A stretch of 64,000 nucleotides of DNA from an uncultured Candidatus Saccharimonadales bacterium. GTDB lineage: Bacteria; Patescibacteriota; Saccharimonadia; UBA4664. Each line of letters opens with the position of its first letter. Position 1 is the stretch's first letter. Location: NCBI GenBank assembly GCA_964467655.1, contig CAYXSN010000003.1, positions 34,714 to 98,713 on the forward strand, in the 5' to 3' direction. The notes below the pieces were generated by a model that saw only the letters and a list, made by a program, of their open reading frames with translations, made no database searches and was not told the DNA's origin. A program made the position numbers and the translations under genes. Shown piece by piece: positions 27,837-37,811 of this stretch.

Positions 27837-29459
27837 CTAATCCCGCCGCCCAGCATCGTCAGTGCGTAACGGCTCGCCAGGTTCAAAAATTTTCAGGGTA
27901 TACAACGCCAGTCCGATGAACACCGGAACATACAAAAACAGATAACGCGACCGCCCTTCAAACAATAAAATAAACAGTATCAAACCGGTTAACATCAACC
28001 GTGGTACCAGGGTGGTAAAACCAAAGTTATTGCGGGCAGCATAGCGCAGCCTTGCCACCGGCAGTGCCACCAACATCAACACCGCCAGCCAACATACCTG
28101 AGCCACATTAGAATAGCCGCCATAACCCCACCCGCCGACGTAGAGTAATTGCCTCACAGCCCAACTCACGGCATCATTATGATAAAACGTCAGGTTCGTA
28201 TTACCCTCACCATAAGCATAAAAAGTGCCGTCAGACAAAATCCACAAAGCTTTTTTCAGCAAAAAATCGGCATAGCCCACTGGACCATATCCTGCCAACT
28301 GACGCTGAATCTCCGATAAGGCAAAAGCCGTCTTGGCCTGTTGGCCGGGTTGAGCTGATATATTGGCGACGGCTTCAGCCGAGTATACCCCGTAAGCCGG
28401 CACGCCATCATGCTCACGAGTCTTCATGCCAATGGCCGCATAATGCCACGCCGGCATCGCCACATCGTTCAGGTTACGGGCAGGATAGGGCAAAATGTCC
28501 AAGGTGTCCACCAGTTTGAGGTAACTAGCATAGGTGAAAAGACAAAACAGGCCAGTCATGAGCGCGCCACTAGCCACCATCCACCACCGGCGACGTTGTT
28601 GGGTGGCTGTCGCCGGACTCACCAGCAACCACACACCCAGTGCCACCACCGGCGCGATCACTGCCATGATCACCGTCGGCTTCATCAGTACGCCAACGAC
28701 AGCCACCACGCCCATAACCATCAACCATCCCAGGCGGGTGTTCGATGAGCGGGCAGCCGATGCCCGCAGAACCACGTACCACAGGCTAATCGGGAACAAC
28801 GCCGCCAAAGTATCAGTATAAACAGTCGCCGTCTGAGGACTGATCGCCAAAAGTAATAAGCTTAAGGGCCAGGTCATTCGGGCAATCCGCGCACCATAAA
28901 GACGCCTAGCCACAAGATACAGCATGATCTGGCTCAGCCAAAGTGCTACGGCATTCAAAACCGAAGCAGCGGTCACCAGATCGCTAACGCCAAGCAAGCG
29001 CACTAGCTTAAAATATCCCCCCAACATCACCAACAAAGCCACGTTGTTGGGGTACGTTTGAAAGTAGTCAACCAATGCCGGGTCAATAGAACCTTGTTGG
29101 GCATACCGAACCGCTTGATCCAAAACAATCTGGCTATCCCAACCCGAACCGGTAGCGGTAAGCGCCCAAGCGACAGTTAATTGAACCACCAGGAAGGCAG
29201 CAAATACCACCACAGTACACCAAGGCCGCCATACTCTCTGACTGCGATTGATCCGTACCGCCAACAAAGCCACCGTCATAGCTGCCCCAATGGCAATCGG
29301 TAGTTTCGGTCCAAACAAATGAAATTTATGCGCTGCCGGCACCAAAGCCACCAGTACAACCAAGATAGCGGCCACAACTAAGAAACTATAGTTATACCCG
29401 CGCAAGCACCGCCAAAGAATTTGCCGTGTAGTTGTAAGCTTGACCAGTGTAAAATTCAT
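27837..29459 (-). CDS. Large polytopic membrane protein, putative GT-C-type glycosyltransferase
   Basis: 540 aa with about 12 transmembrane helices in the N-terminal half and a large loop region. Paired head-to-head with the GT2 synthase. Confidence 0.45.
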   Translation of the reverse strand: MNFTLVKLTTTRQILWRCLRGYNYSFLVVAAILVVLVALVPAAHKFHLFGPKLPIAIGAAMTVALLAVRINRSQRVWRPWCTVVVFAAFLVVQLTVAWALTATGSGWDSQIVLDQAVRYAQQGSIDPALVDYFQTYPNNVALLVMLGGYFKLVRLLGVSDLVTAASVLNAVALWLSQIMLYLVARRLYGARIARMTWPLSLLLLAISPQTATVYTDTLAALFPISLWYVVLRASAARSSNTRLGWLMVMGVVAVVGVLMKPTVIMAVIAPVVALGVWLLVSPATATQQRRRWWMVASGALMTGLFCLFTYASYLKLVDTLDILPYPARNLNDVAMPAWHYAAIGMKTREHDGVPAYGVYSAEAVANISAQPGQQAKTAFALSEIQRQLAGYGPVGYADFLLKKALWILSDGTFYAYGEGNTNLTFYHNDAVSWAVRQLLYVGGWGYGGYSNVAQVCWLAVLMLVALPVARLRYAARNNFGFTTLVPRLMLTGLILFILLFEGRSRYLFLYVPVFIGLALYTLKIFEPGEPLRTDDAGRRD

Positions 29460-29510
29460 ATGAGGGAAGTAAATTGCTTACCTGCTTATTGTACGTGCTC
29501 CCTCCTATCT

Positions 29511-31073
29511 ATGACACCCCGACACCTCGCGCAACACCAGCTCATCACTATCACAGGTTTTTTTGCTGTCTTCATTTTCGGACTGTATTGGTGGGCACCA
29601 GGCAATGTACCGCATAATTTTGAGGGAATCGGACACGCCGTCGATTATCTACTGTTTGGCTTGACCTCATACGTTGTCTGGTTGCCTGTCATCATGAAAA
29701 TGCTCATGTGGCAAGTCTCACGCCATATACCCGAGACTCAGATGCAATCATCCCCCAAGCCGCCACCTGGTCGCCGGGTAGCGTTTGTTACTACCTACGT
29801 CCCCAGCTCGGAGCCCATCGAACTCCTCAAACGAACATTGCCGGCCATACTGGCCACTCATTATCCCCACGATACTTGGCTCCTCGATGAGGGTAACGAC
29901 CCCGCCGCCCGCAAGCTATGCGCCCACCTGGGAGTACGGCACTTCAGCCGAGCCAATATCGATGAGTACAATCAACCAGACGGGCCTTTCGCTCGCAAAA
30001 CCAAGGGCGGCAACCACAACGCCTGGTATGATCAATACGGCAAAAACTATGACTTTGTCGCCCAGATAGATACCGACTTTGTACCCAGCCGTTATTTTCT
30101 CGAAAGAACCTTGGGCTATTTTGAGGATCCTCAGGTCGGTTTCGTGGGTACACCCCAGATTTATGGCAATACCGCCCACTCTCTGGTAGCCCGCGGCGCA
30201 GCCGAGCAAACGTACAATTTCTATGGCCCCCTCATGCGCGGCCTGCACGGGTTTGGCAACACACTACTCATTGGGGCCAATCACGTCATCAGGGTAGAAG
30301 CCCTCAGAAGCGTTGGCTACTACAGCGCCCACATCACCGAAGACCTGCTAACCGGCATTAAGCTACACGCTCATGGTTGGCAAAGCCGCTATGTGCCCGA
30401 GGTACTCGCTATTGGTGAGGGGCCCTCCACCTGGAAAGCCTTTTTCGACCAACAGAAGCGCTGGGCATACGGCTGCATGCACATTTTATTCCACTACACT
30501 CCCAAATACCTGGGCCAGCTCAGTTGGCGGCAACGGTTTTATTACTTGTGGATCCAACAGCACTACTTCTCTGGATTAGCTATGCTCATCAGTCTCGTGG
30601 GGCTCACCTGCTATTTTGGTTTTGGTCTGCAAACAGCCAACCTGACGTTGATACCGTTCCTTTGCGCGTATTTGGGCCTCATGGTGGTGCTCGAGGCAAT
30701 TGACCTCTGGCTCCAAAACTTCAATATCAGGCCTTTTCTCGAGCGGGGCATCCTCTGGAGTGCTATCGTCATCAACATCGCCGTCTGGCCCACCTTCCTC
30801 ATGGCGTTCTTTCAGCTATTTAAGCGTCGCAAGCTCGGCTACAAAGTGACGCCCAAGGGCCAGAAAACCCAAAAAGACCCCTCAATCTGGCAACTGTTCA
30901 CGCCCCACTTCCTCATCGGGGGAGCCACCTTGGGCTTACTGGTTTCCTCGGTATTTACTGAACGTACGTCTCACATCATGGTTTTTTGGGCGACCCTCAC
31001 GGCCTTCAGCTTGTTGCTGGTCCCATTTGCACCCCAGCTTGCCGGTTGGTTGAAGCGCTTCAGCCCCCGTTAA
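29511..31073 (+). CDS. Family-2 processive beta-glycosyltransferase (cellulose/chitin-synthase-like)
   Basis: DXD motif LLDEGND and Q-x-x-RW motif QQKRWAYG, with transmembrane helices at both ends. Start chosen at MTPRHL (29511); the ORF track begins it at 29421. Confidence 0.75.
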   Translation: MTPRHLAQHQLITITGFFAVFIFGLYWWAPGNVPHNFEGIGHAVDYLLFGLTSYVVWLPVIMKMLMWQVSRHIPETQMQSSPKPPPGRRVAFVTTYVPSSEPIELLKRTLPAILATHYPHDTWLLDEGNDPAARKLCAHLGVRHFSRANIDEYNQPDGPFARKTKGGNHNAWYDQYGKNYDFVAQIDTDFVPSRYFLERTLGYFEDPQVGFVGTPQIYGNTAHSLVARGAAEQTYNFYGPLMRGLHGFGNTLLIGANHVIRVEALRSVGYYSAHITEDLLTGIKLHAHGWQSRYVPEVLAIGEGPSTWKAFFDQQKRWAYGCMHILFHYTPKYLGQLSWRQRFYYLWIQQHYFSGLAMLISLVGLTCYFGFGLQTANLTLIPFLCAYLGLMVVLEAIDLWLQNFNIRPFLERGILWSAIVINIAVWPTFLMAFFQLFKRRKLGYKVTPKGQKTQKDPSIWQLFTPHFLIGGATLGLLVSSVFTERTSHIMVFWATLTAFSLLLVPFAPQLAGWLKRFSPR

Positions 31074-32476
31074 TCACGCCGCCACAATTCGGCATCCTGA
31101 GCTTTCACGCTTTGGCGCCAGGCAGGGTCTTGGGCAAGCGCTTCGTGAAGTTTGGTATCAAAATTGCTCAACAAAACACAATTGATGTCATACCGAGCAA
31201 ATTCACTGCGCATAACTTCCTGCCCCTTGAGTACCTCCACATATTTGTCGAGGTAGCTGCCTGCGGGACCTCGCCAACTAGGCATCCGGCCGTCAATGTA
31301 CACCGGCACGTTCGGTAAACTCATGATGATGAAGCCACCGTACGTGTAATCATTAAACAACTGCCCGCGGCAGGGATGGTCACGCAGCTCAATCAGTGCC
31401 TGAGTCGGCCGGTCAAGCGTCTGGGGGCTCGTCGTGAGGGGCCACCGCCACAGCAGTAACGACAAAGGATAAACTATCCCCACCACCACAGCAGCTCCCG
31501 CCATCAACCAACCACCCCACCGGCCAAACCGCGCACTCAGCCATCCGGCCATCCGCCCCATCTCATGATCGAGCAAACCAATGCTACCAACCACGAGCAT
31601 AGGCATGTGGCGATTCGACCACAACGCTGCCACCACCAAAGCGGCTACTCTCACCCTATCAAAACCCCAACTCTTGAGAGTCAGGAGCAGCACCACCATC
31701 AGTACCACATAGGGCGCAGTTGCCGGCGTCGGAGTCAATGGCGCCCACTCCACAATCCGTCCAGCCAGTTGGCCATCACTCATTGTCCGCCAGATCTCTT
31801 CGTATATTCGCCAACCATAAGGGTTCAGGAGAGCCGCTCCCGCCGCCACCATCACCCACAGGAGCAAACTCCATTCCCGCCGCCACACAGCCGCCAAACC
31901 GGCTACAGCCAAACCAATCACAAAGCCACCATGCCAATTGGCCCACAGAACCAGCAACGGCACGAGCAACCAATACCGCCGACGCCGACGCAACAGCCAC
32001 AGTACTGTGGCCAGCCCCAGCGCCGAAAAGGTAACACCCCTGATGCCGACGTATTGAATAATTGCCCCAACCGCTAGCCCCATAGTCACAAAGCTTGGTT
32101 TACGACCACTAGCCACCCACAAAGCCGCCACCCACAAAGCCGCAAAGATCAGGCCCAATGCCTGGTAACTCCAAGTACTAGCTACTAGATACACAAAAGC
32201 ACTATAGGCCCACTCATGGTTGACCCAGGCAAAATCACGAGCGGTATACGTAAAAATATCGTGCATGGGCACACCATGTCCCCAGATATACTGGCCAGTG
32301 GCATAGTGCCATCCAAAATCCGGATCAACCCGGTTGACGCAGATAAACGCCACCAAAAGATAGGCGCCCACCAAAGGACCCCATTGCACCACCCCGGTAC
32401 CAATCCGCTTGTGCCATTGCATGGGGCCATCATACCAACTACCATCAGGGCATGACCAATCGTGAAACGCAGTCAT
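31070..32476 (-). CDS. Hypothetical polytopic membrane protein (EPS-locus associated)
   Basis: 468 aa, multi-transmembrane, with a soluble C-terminal ~120 aa. Overlaps the GT2 gene stop by 4 bp. Confidence 0.45.
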   Translation of the reverse strand: MTAFHDWSCPDGSWYDGPMQWHKRIGTGVVQWGPLVGAYLLVAFICVNRVDPDFGWHYATGQYIWGHGVPMHDIFTYTARDFAWVNHEWAYSAFVYLVASTWSYQALGLIFAALWVAALWVASGRKPSFVTMGLAVGAIIQYVGIRGVTFSALGLATVLWLLRRRRRYWLLVPLLVLWANWHGGFVIGLAVAGLAAVWRREWSLLLWVMVAAGAALLNPYGWRIYEEIWRTMSDGQLAGRIVEWAPLTPTPATAPYVVLMVVLLLTLKSWGFDRVRVAALVVAALWSNRHMPMLVVGSIGLLDHEMGRMAGWLSARFGRWGGWLMAGAAVVVGIVYPLSLLLWRWPLTTSPQTLDRPTQALIELRDHPCRGQLFNDYTYGGFIIMSLPNVPVYIDGRMPSWRGPAGSYLDKYVEVLKGQEVMRSEFARYDINCVLLSNFDTKLHEALAQDPAWRQSVKAQDAELWRRD

Positions 32477-33282
32477 TACCAGCCTTTATCACGCTATGCG
32501 TTGTCACGCTGATCGCCGCCGCCGCCATGCTGGCCGGCAGCTATAAGTGGTGGTCAACCTTACCTCAAACCCAAGCTTCATATTTCAGGCACATCGCTCA
32601 AACGACATCAGCTGATCAAAAGCTCATTTTGAGTCGGTTCGCCACCTGGTTTGACCACGATAACCCCCAAGCTCACATCGATATCGCCGCCGCCAGCCTA
32701 GCCTTACACGAAGGTGCCCGCGGCCTGCGCGAGTTGCAGCTTGTTAATCCAACGCCGGCCAGCCAACTCCTCAAAAGCCAGCTCCTACTTGAGGACGGTC
32801 AGGCAAATGCTGCTGCGGAGCTACTCAACCAACTCATAACCGACCCTCAAACCGACGAAAACACTCTAGTACTGGCCTGCCTCGCCAATGCCAGCGCCGG
32901 CCAAGCACCAGCCTGTCAGTCTGTGGCGGCCCGTGTGAGCTCACCGGAAGCTACCACAAGCGTTTTAAGGGCACAAGGCGATACAACAACACTGGCAGCC
33001 GCTCTCTACGCCAAAGGGCTTCTTTTGAGCTCACAACGGGCTCTAGCCAACGAGCCCATTACACCCACCCGCAACCTGCTATTGGCGCGCATCAATTACG
33101 ACCTCCATACCGAAGCCAGCCTCCAACAGGCCCGTGATCTCCTGACAATCGTCCTCAAGCTCAATCCTATAGACCTTGAGGCTCGCCAGCTCCTCGTAGC
33201 GACCTACCAAGACTTAGGCGACACACCAAACGCCGTAGTCCAAACCGATTTGGTAAACAAACTGTTAGCTGGCCGGCCGTAA
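32452..33282 (+). CDS. Membrane-anchored helical-repeat (TPR-like) protein
   Basis: N-terminal transmembrane segment FITLCVVTLIAAAAMLAG, then Ala/Leu-rich helical repeats. Confidence 0.4.
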   Translation: MTNRETQSLPAFITLCVVTLIAAAAMLAGSYKWWSTLPQTQASYFRHIAQTTSADQKLILSRFATWFDHDNPQAHIDIAAASLALHEGARGLRELQLVNPTPASQLLKSQLLLEDGQANAAAELLNQLITDPQTDENTLVLACLANASAGQAPACQSVAARVSSPEATTSVLRAQGDTTTLAAALYAKGLLLSSQRALANEPITPTRNLLLARINYDLHTEASLQQARDLLTIVLKLNPIDLEARQLLVATYQDLGDTPNAVVQTDLVNKLLAGRP

Positions 33283-34152
33283 AGCTGCCAGCAATTGGGC
33301 ATGAAGTTCCGGCGTCCGAGCCGCCACAGGATAAAATCGGTGATGCTTGTCGGCCTCAAACTGACGAAACATGTTATTAGGATCAAAAGGCTTGCCTTCG
33401 AGGTCTGTTACCACACATCCCGCATGTTTTGCCACCATACAAGCAAACATCTCATATAGTTCCTCACCACCAAACGGATCGGCATACGCGTCGATAGCGC
33501 CCTCAGCCAGCCGCAACCAGTACAAATGGCCGCTGCTCGAAAGCACCCGTTTTGCCGTATCAAGCACCCTGTCGGCCTCATGGCGGCGAGATCTCTCTGC
33601 CACCGACTCAAGCGTCAGAACGACCCAGGCTTGGCCAAGATCAGACGGAGCTGCCCAGTCAAACTCGAGAGAGTTAAATGCAGGGACTTGCCAAAACTTT
33701 GATCCGTCCCTTTGGGCCACTCCCAAGATCCCGGTTTGATAATCAAGAATTATCGAAGCAATCCAGTTTTTAGTTGCGTCAAAAAACGTCATACCCATAG
33801 CCGCATCTAAGAATGTTCGAGACGCCAGAGAGCTATTGCACAATGGATCATATACCACGTAATAGTCTGCCGACTCAGGACCAGACCACGAACTTTCCTC
33901 AGAAAAAATTCTCACTCGAGCCGGCAAAGCAGCCAATCCATGTAAGTAGAGCTCATCAAGCGCTACATCAAACTGGAATTGCTCGTTTGCACCGGATTTT
34001 ATTTTGACTAACTTGTTCATTTTTTGCACAAACTTTTCGTAATTTGTGAGATAGGGATTTATAAATTCATAGGCTTGGACCATCGTTTCACGTACAAATT
34101 TGTCGAGTATAGGGTCATGTAGCATATGCCGATCATACATCAAGTTGTGCAA
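33265..34152 (-). CDS. Inositol-monophosphatase-family (FIG-superfamily) phosphatase-like protein
   Basis: IFSEESS (metal-binding EE), YVVYDPLCNSS (DPxD-like), and the C-terminal WLRLAEGAIDAYADP region resemble IMPase motifs loosely. Confidence 0.45.
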   Translation of the reverse strand: MHNLMYDRHMLHDPILDKFVRETMVQAYEFINPYLTNYEKFVQKMNKLVKIKSGANEQFQFDVALDELYLHGLAALPARVRIFSEESSWSGPESADYYVVYDPLCNSSLASRTFLDAAMGMTFFDATKNWIASIILDYQTGILGVAQRDGSKFWQVPAFNSLEFDWAAPSDLGQAWVVLTLESVAERSRRHEADRVLDTAKRVLSSSGHLYWLRLAEGAIDAYADPFGGEELYEMFACMVAKHAGCVVTDLEGKPFDPNNMFRQFEADKHHRFYPVAARTPELHAQLLAALRPAS

Positions 34153-34323
34153 AATTTCCCACAGCTAGTCGGGTAGTGAGGGCAAGATCCAGGCCGAACG
34201 AATTTCAACAAAACTTACCGTCAAAAGCATTTTGTAGTACTTTTTATAAAACCGGTTCACAAGCCCTATTTGGGCATTTTATCCTCAAGCCAAAAAATAA
34301 GCTCCCTCACAGCGGGAGCTTAT

Positions 34324-34415
<92 letters not shown>

Positions 34416-34608
34416 TTAAATGCCCACCCAGATTAGCACACAAATCGCCTGCAGCTCAAGCGCCAACCCTCTAAAGTTACACAACCAAATCACTTGTAAG
34501 CGATAGAGAAAACGGAATTTATGCCAAACACTATCCATTTCGTAAAAATGCCAACTTGATCATTCCACAAACAAAAACCGGCCATTGAGCCGGATTGTTG
34601 ATAATTCC

Positions 34609-34685
34609 TGGTGCGCCTGGCAGGACTCGAACCTGCGACCCTCAGCACCGCAAGCTGATGCTCTAATCCACTGAGCTACAGGCGC
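34609..34685 (-). tRNA. tRNA-Arg (anticodon reads GCG), 77 nt with an encoded CCA
   Basis: Reverse complement GCGCCTG-TA-GCTC-AGTGGATTA-GAGC-A-TCAGC-TTGCGGT-GCTGA-GGGTC-GCAGG-TTCGAGT-CCTGC-CAGGCGC-A-CCA. The acceptor stem pairs perfectly. Confidence 0.8.
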
Positions 34686-34731
34686 CTATAAACCTAAATA
34701 CTCTACCACAATCTGTGGCTATCGCCAAGAG

Positions 34732-35370
34732 CTAAAAACGCACAACTCTCGTAATGCGCTCGATGACATCTGGCTGACGGTCCACACGCGGGAGATGAAG
34801 CTCAAGATGGCCAATAATCTGATCGAAATCGGTCTCGTCAAACAAAATGGCCATTCTTGGCATCAATCTTTGAGCCGGCTCCAAATCAATAGTGTGCCAA
34901 GACAAATCAGGCAGCACCCCAAATGACCGAAACATTTCATAAGGGTGCAGTTTGCCGTCGACAGTGATGCCTTGAGGTGAAACCTCATATGTCAGGATGC
35001 GTGGGGCTTTACGGGCATATACAACTACCGCTACCGCGGCTACAGCAAACAAGCCAATCTCCAACCAGTAATGCAGCCAGATTGCTACACCTACAAGTCC
35101 GGCGGCCAAAACTACAAGCCCTGCATACCATAAAGCACTCTTGTGATGTTGAACGTATTCTGATGCCCGCCAGGTAAAGGCCGCCTCCTGAGACCGCAAC
35201 CGTTCAAGTTGTTCGGTCGACATTTCGTCTTCGGGCACGGGCAAAGGTGCCGGCTCAGATACTGCTTGTACCGGTTCTTGAATGTCTTTGATGGCTTGTC
35301 TCAGATATTCAGGCATACATGTACCTCTTGTGCTTGCCATTATGCGCCTCTCTACTCTTGGCGGCAACAC
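34732..35370 (-). CDS. Hypothetical membrane protein (two transmembrane helices)
   Basis: Central hydrophobic pair ALWYAGLVVLAAGLVGVAIWL and IGLFAVAAVAVVVYA. Located between tRNA genes. Confidence 0.4.
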   Translation of the reverse strand: MLPPRVERRIMASTRGTCMPEYLRQAIKDIQEPVQAVSEPAPLPVPEDEMSTEQLERLRSQEAAFTWRASEYVQHHKSALWYAGLVVLAAGLVGVAIWLHYWLEIGLFAVAAVAVVVYARKAPRILTYEVSPQGITVDGKLHPYEMFRSFGVLPDLSWHTIDLEPAQRLMPRMAILFDETDFDQIIGHLELHLPRVDRQPDVIERITRVVRF

Positions 35371-35410
35371 CTATGGAGTGTACACTGATGGCGTGCCCAT
35401 ATGTCAACCT

Positions 35411-35500
35411 GGAGGGGTCGCATAGTGGCCGAGTGCACCTGTCTTGAAAACAGGAGAGCCCGCAAGGGTTCCGTGGGTTCGAATCCCACCCCCTCCGCCA
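35411..35500 (+). tRNA. tRNA-Ser (anticodon TGA), 90 nt with an encoded CCA
   Basis: GGAGGGGTCGCATAGTGGCCGAGTGCACCTGT-CTTGAAA-ACAGG...GGTTCGAATCCCACCCCCTCCGCCA. Confidence 0.85.
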
Positions 35501-35515
35501 AGATATATTATCTAT

Positions 35516-36238
35516 ATGAATGATTTGAGATTAACACAAATATCCGCAGTCCTATTTGACCTGTATGGAACCCTGGTTGACATCAAGGTAGATGAGTTAT
35601 CGCTCAATTTTTGGACCTCAATAAGGAATACACTTGATGTCGCAATTGCTCCCGAAGATTTGCGCGACCAATATGAAAAAAAATGCACAGTAGCCATTGC
35701 AGCCAGCCAATCCGGCCAAGTAATTGAAGAGGTATTTGCTGATTGGTCTGCTGAACTCAGTCAGACATATCGCAAACCAATTGATACATTGACATTTATA
35801 CGCAAATTCCGCCAAGCCTCCCGAACCTCACTCCAATTACGAACGTATGCCAAACCCCTAATCCATATACTCCAGGCGTCAGGTACCAAAACGGCAATTG
35901 TATCGAATACAGAAGCAGCTTTCACTAAAGTCGATTTACTTGACATAAACATGCCTCCAGTCGATGCAATGGTCCTTTCGTCTGATGTTGGTTGCCGCAA
36001 GCCTCATCTCAAAATATTTTCGGCCGCACTCAACCAGCTCAACCTATCGCCAGATAAATGCGTATTTATTGGCGACAATTGGGAGGAGGATATTATGGGT
36101 GCCAGGCATGCAGGTACACATGCTATTTTTCTCTCAGACACCCCGAAGGTAATGAGCGATGTCATAACAATCTCTGCAAAGCCAAGTCTTAAATCCATGA
36201 TGGCAGCGTTAACAACACTAGACAATAACCTAAGCTAG
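35516..36238 (+). CDS. HAD-superfamily hydrolase
   Basis: Motif I FDLYGTLVD and motif IV VFIGDNWEEDIMGA. Start trimmed to 35516 because the longer ORF (35444) runs through the tRNA. Confidence 0.7.
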   Translation: MNDLRLTQISAVLFDLYGTLVDIKVDELSLNFWTSIRNTLDVAIAPEDLRDQYEKKCTVAIAASQSGQVIEEVFADWSAELSQTYRKPIDTLTFIRKFRQASRTSLQLRTYAKPLIHILQASGTKTAIVSNTEAAFTKVDLLDINMPPVDAMVLSSDVGCRKPHLKIFSAALNQLNLSPDKCVFIGDNWEEDIMGARHAGTHAIFLSDTPKVMSDVITISAKPSLKSMMAALTTLDNNLS

Positions 36239-36250
36239 GTCAGATTTCAG

Positions 36251-37798
36251 ATGTCATCAGATCAATCAATACCCCAATCCCAAGCCATAAGCAGATCGCA
36301 ATTTACAGTCTGGCAAGCACTTGCCCGGCACCAGGAAGCCCTAAAATCGGTTCACCTCAGGGATTTGTTTGACGGGCAGCCCGACCGATCAACAGCTTTT
36401 CAGGCTCAAGCCGCAGACATAACCCTTGACTACTCTAAGAACCGCCTCACCAGCGAAACTCTGAGGCAATTGTTCGACCTCGCCCGCGCCTGCGATATCG
36501 AAGCACTACGTGACGCCATGTTTGCCGGTCAAACCATCAATACTACCGAACGACAGCCCGCGTTGCATACTGCCTTGCGCCGACCCTTCGACCAACCGCT
36601 GGCAGTGGATGGCCAAGACATCATGCCCCAGATAGAACAGGTCCATGATCAAATGGTAGCGCTATCTGCTACCATCAGAGAAAATGCCTATCTCGGCGCT
36701 ACAGGCAAGCCAATTGCATCAATCGTCAATATTGGCATCGGCGGCTCAGATCTTGGTCCGCTCATGGCGTATGAAGCGCTCAAAGGCTATGGCCGGCAGA
36801 ACCTCAGGTTCCACTTTGTGTCAAACATCGACAGCTCTCATCTCCATGAAGCGCTAGAACACTGCGATCCCGAAACCACCTTGTGTATCGTGGCCTCCAA
36901 GACATTTGCTACCGACGAAACCATCACCAATGCTACCAGCGCCAAACAATGGCTCCTTGAAAGCCTGCACGATAAAGCCGCCGTCTCCAAGCATTTTGCC
37001 GCCGTCACGGCCAACCCTAAGGCGGCCCAGGAATTTGGCATCTCCCCGAAACAAACATTTGAGATCTGGGACTGGATCGGCGGCCGATACTCACTACCGA
37101 GCGCCATGGGCTTGAGCCTCATGATAGCCATTGGCCCCGACAATTTCGACCAGTTACTCGCCGGCATGCACGCCATCGATGAGCATTTCATAATGGCTCC
37201 GCTCGAACGGAACCTACCAGTCATCTTGGGCTTAATTGATATCTGGAATATCAATTTCTGGAACACTCAGAATCTCGCCATTTTGCCGTACTGCCAAAGC
37301 CTGCAGTATCTGCCCTCATATCTCCAGCAACTCATCATGGAATCAAATGGCAAATCAGTCACCCGCACAGGCCAAGCCATTACTTATAGCACTGCGCCGG
37401 TAGTGTTTGGCGTACCTGGTACAAACAGCCAACATTCAATAAACCAACTACTGCAGCAGGGTACTCAGGTGGTACCGGCTGATTTTATAGGCTTCAAGGA
37501 GCCGCTCGTGGAGCTCGGGAACCACCACACCAAACTGCAAGCCAATCTGACAGCCCAGGCACAAGCCCTGGCCTTTGGCGAAACATCAGCCCAGGAGCCA
37601 TACCGGCAATTTGCTGGCAACCGGCCCAGTAACACACTCATGCTACCCAGGCTCACACCACACACCCTTGGCCAGCTCATCGCCCTCTACGAGCACAGGG
37701 TATTTATTCAAGGCGCCATCTGGGATATCGATTCTTTCGACCAATGGGGCGTAGAGCTCGGCAAGCAGCTCGCTCGGCAACTATTAAGAATGAGCTGA
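36251..37798 (+). CDS. pgi: Glucose-6-phosphate isomerase
   Basis: IGIGGSDLGPLM, SKTFATDET and IMESNGKSV signatures. 515 aa. Confidence 0.92.
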   Translation: MSSDQSIPQSQAISRSQFTVWQALARHQEALKSVHLRDLFDGQPDRSTAFQAQAADITLDYSKNRLTSETLRQLFDLARACDIEALRDAMFAGQTINTTERQPALHTALRRPFDQPLAVDGQDIMPQIEQVHDQMVALSATIRENAYLGATGKPIASIVNIGIGGSDLGPLMAYEALKGYGRQNLRFHFVSNIDSSHLHEALEHCDPETTLCIVASKTFATDETITNATSAKQWLLESLHDKAAVSKHFAAVTANPKAAQEFGISPKQTFEIWDWIGGRYSLPSAMGLSLMIAIGPDNFDQLLAGMHAIDEHFIMAPLERNLPVILGLIDIWNINFWNTQNLAILPYCQSLQYLPSYLQQLIMESNGKSVTRTGQAITYSTAPVVFGVPGTNSQHSINQLLQQGTQVVPADFIGFKEPLVELGNHHTKLQANLTAQAQALAFGETSAQEPYRQFAGNRPSNTLMLPRLTPHTLGQLIALYEHRVFIQGAIWDIDSFDQWGVELGKQLARQLLRMS

Positions 37799-37811
37799 GG
37801 CAAAAACGATC

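Noticed and set aside
35444-35515. 5' extension of the HAD-hydrolase ORF in the six-frame track (starting at 35444)
   Set aside because: The extension reads straight through the tRNA-Ser(TGA) gene (35411-35500). The real start is most likely the downstream Met at 35516 (MNDLRL…), just before HAD motif I.
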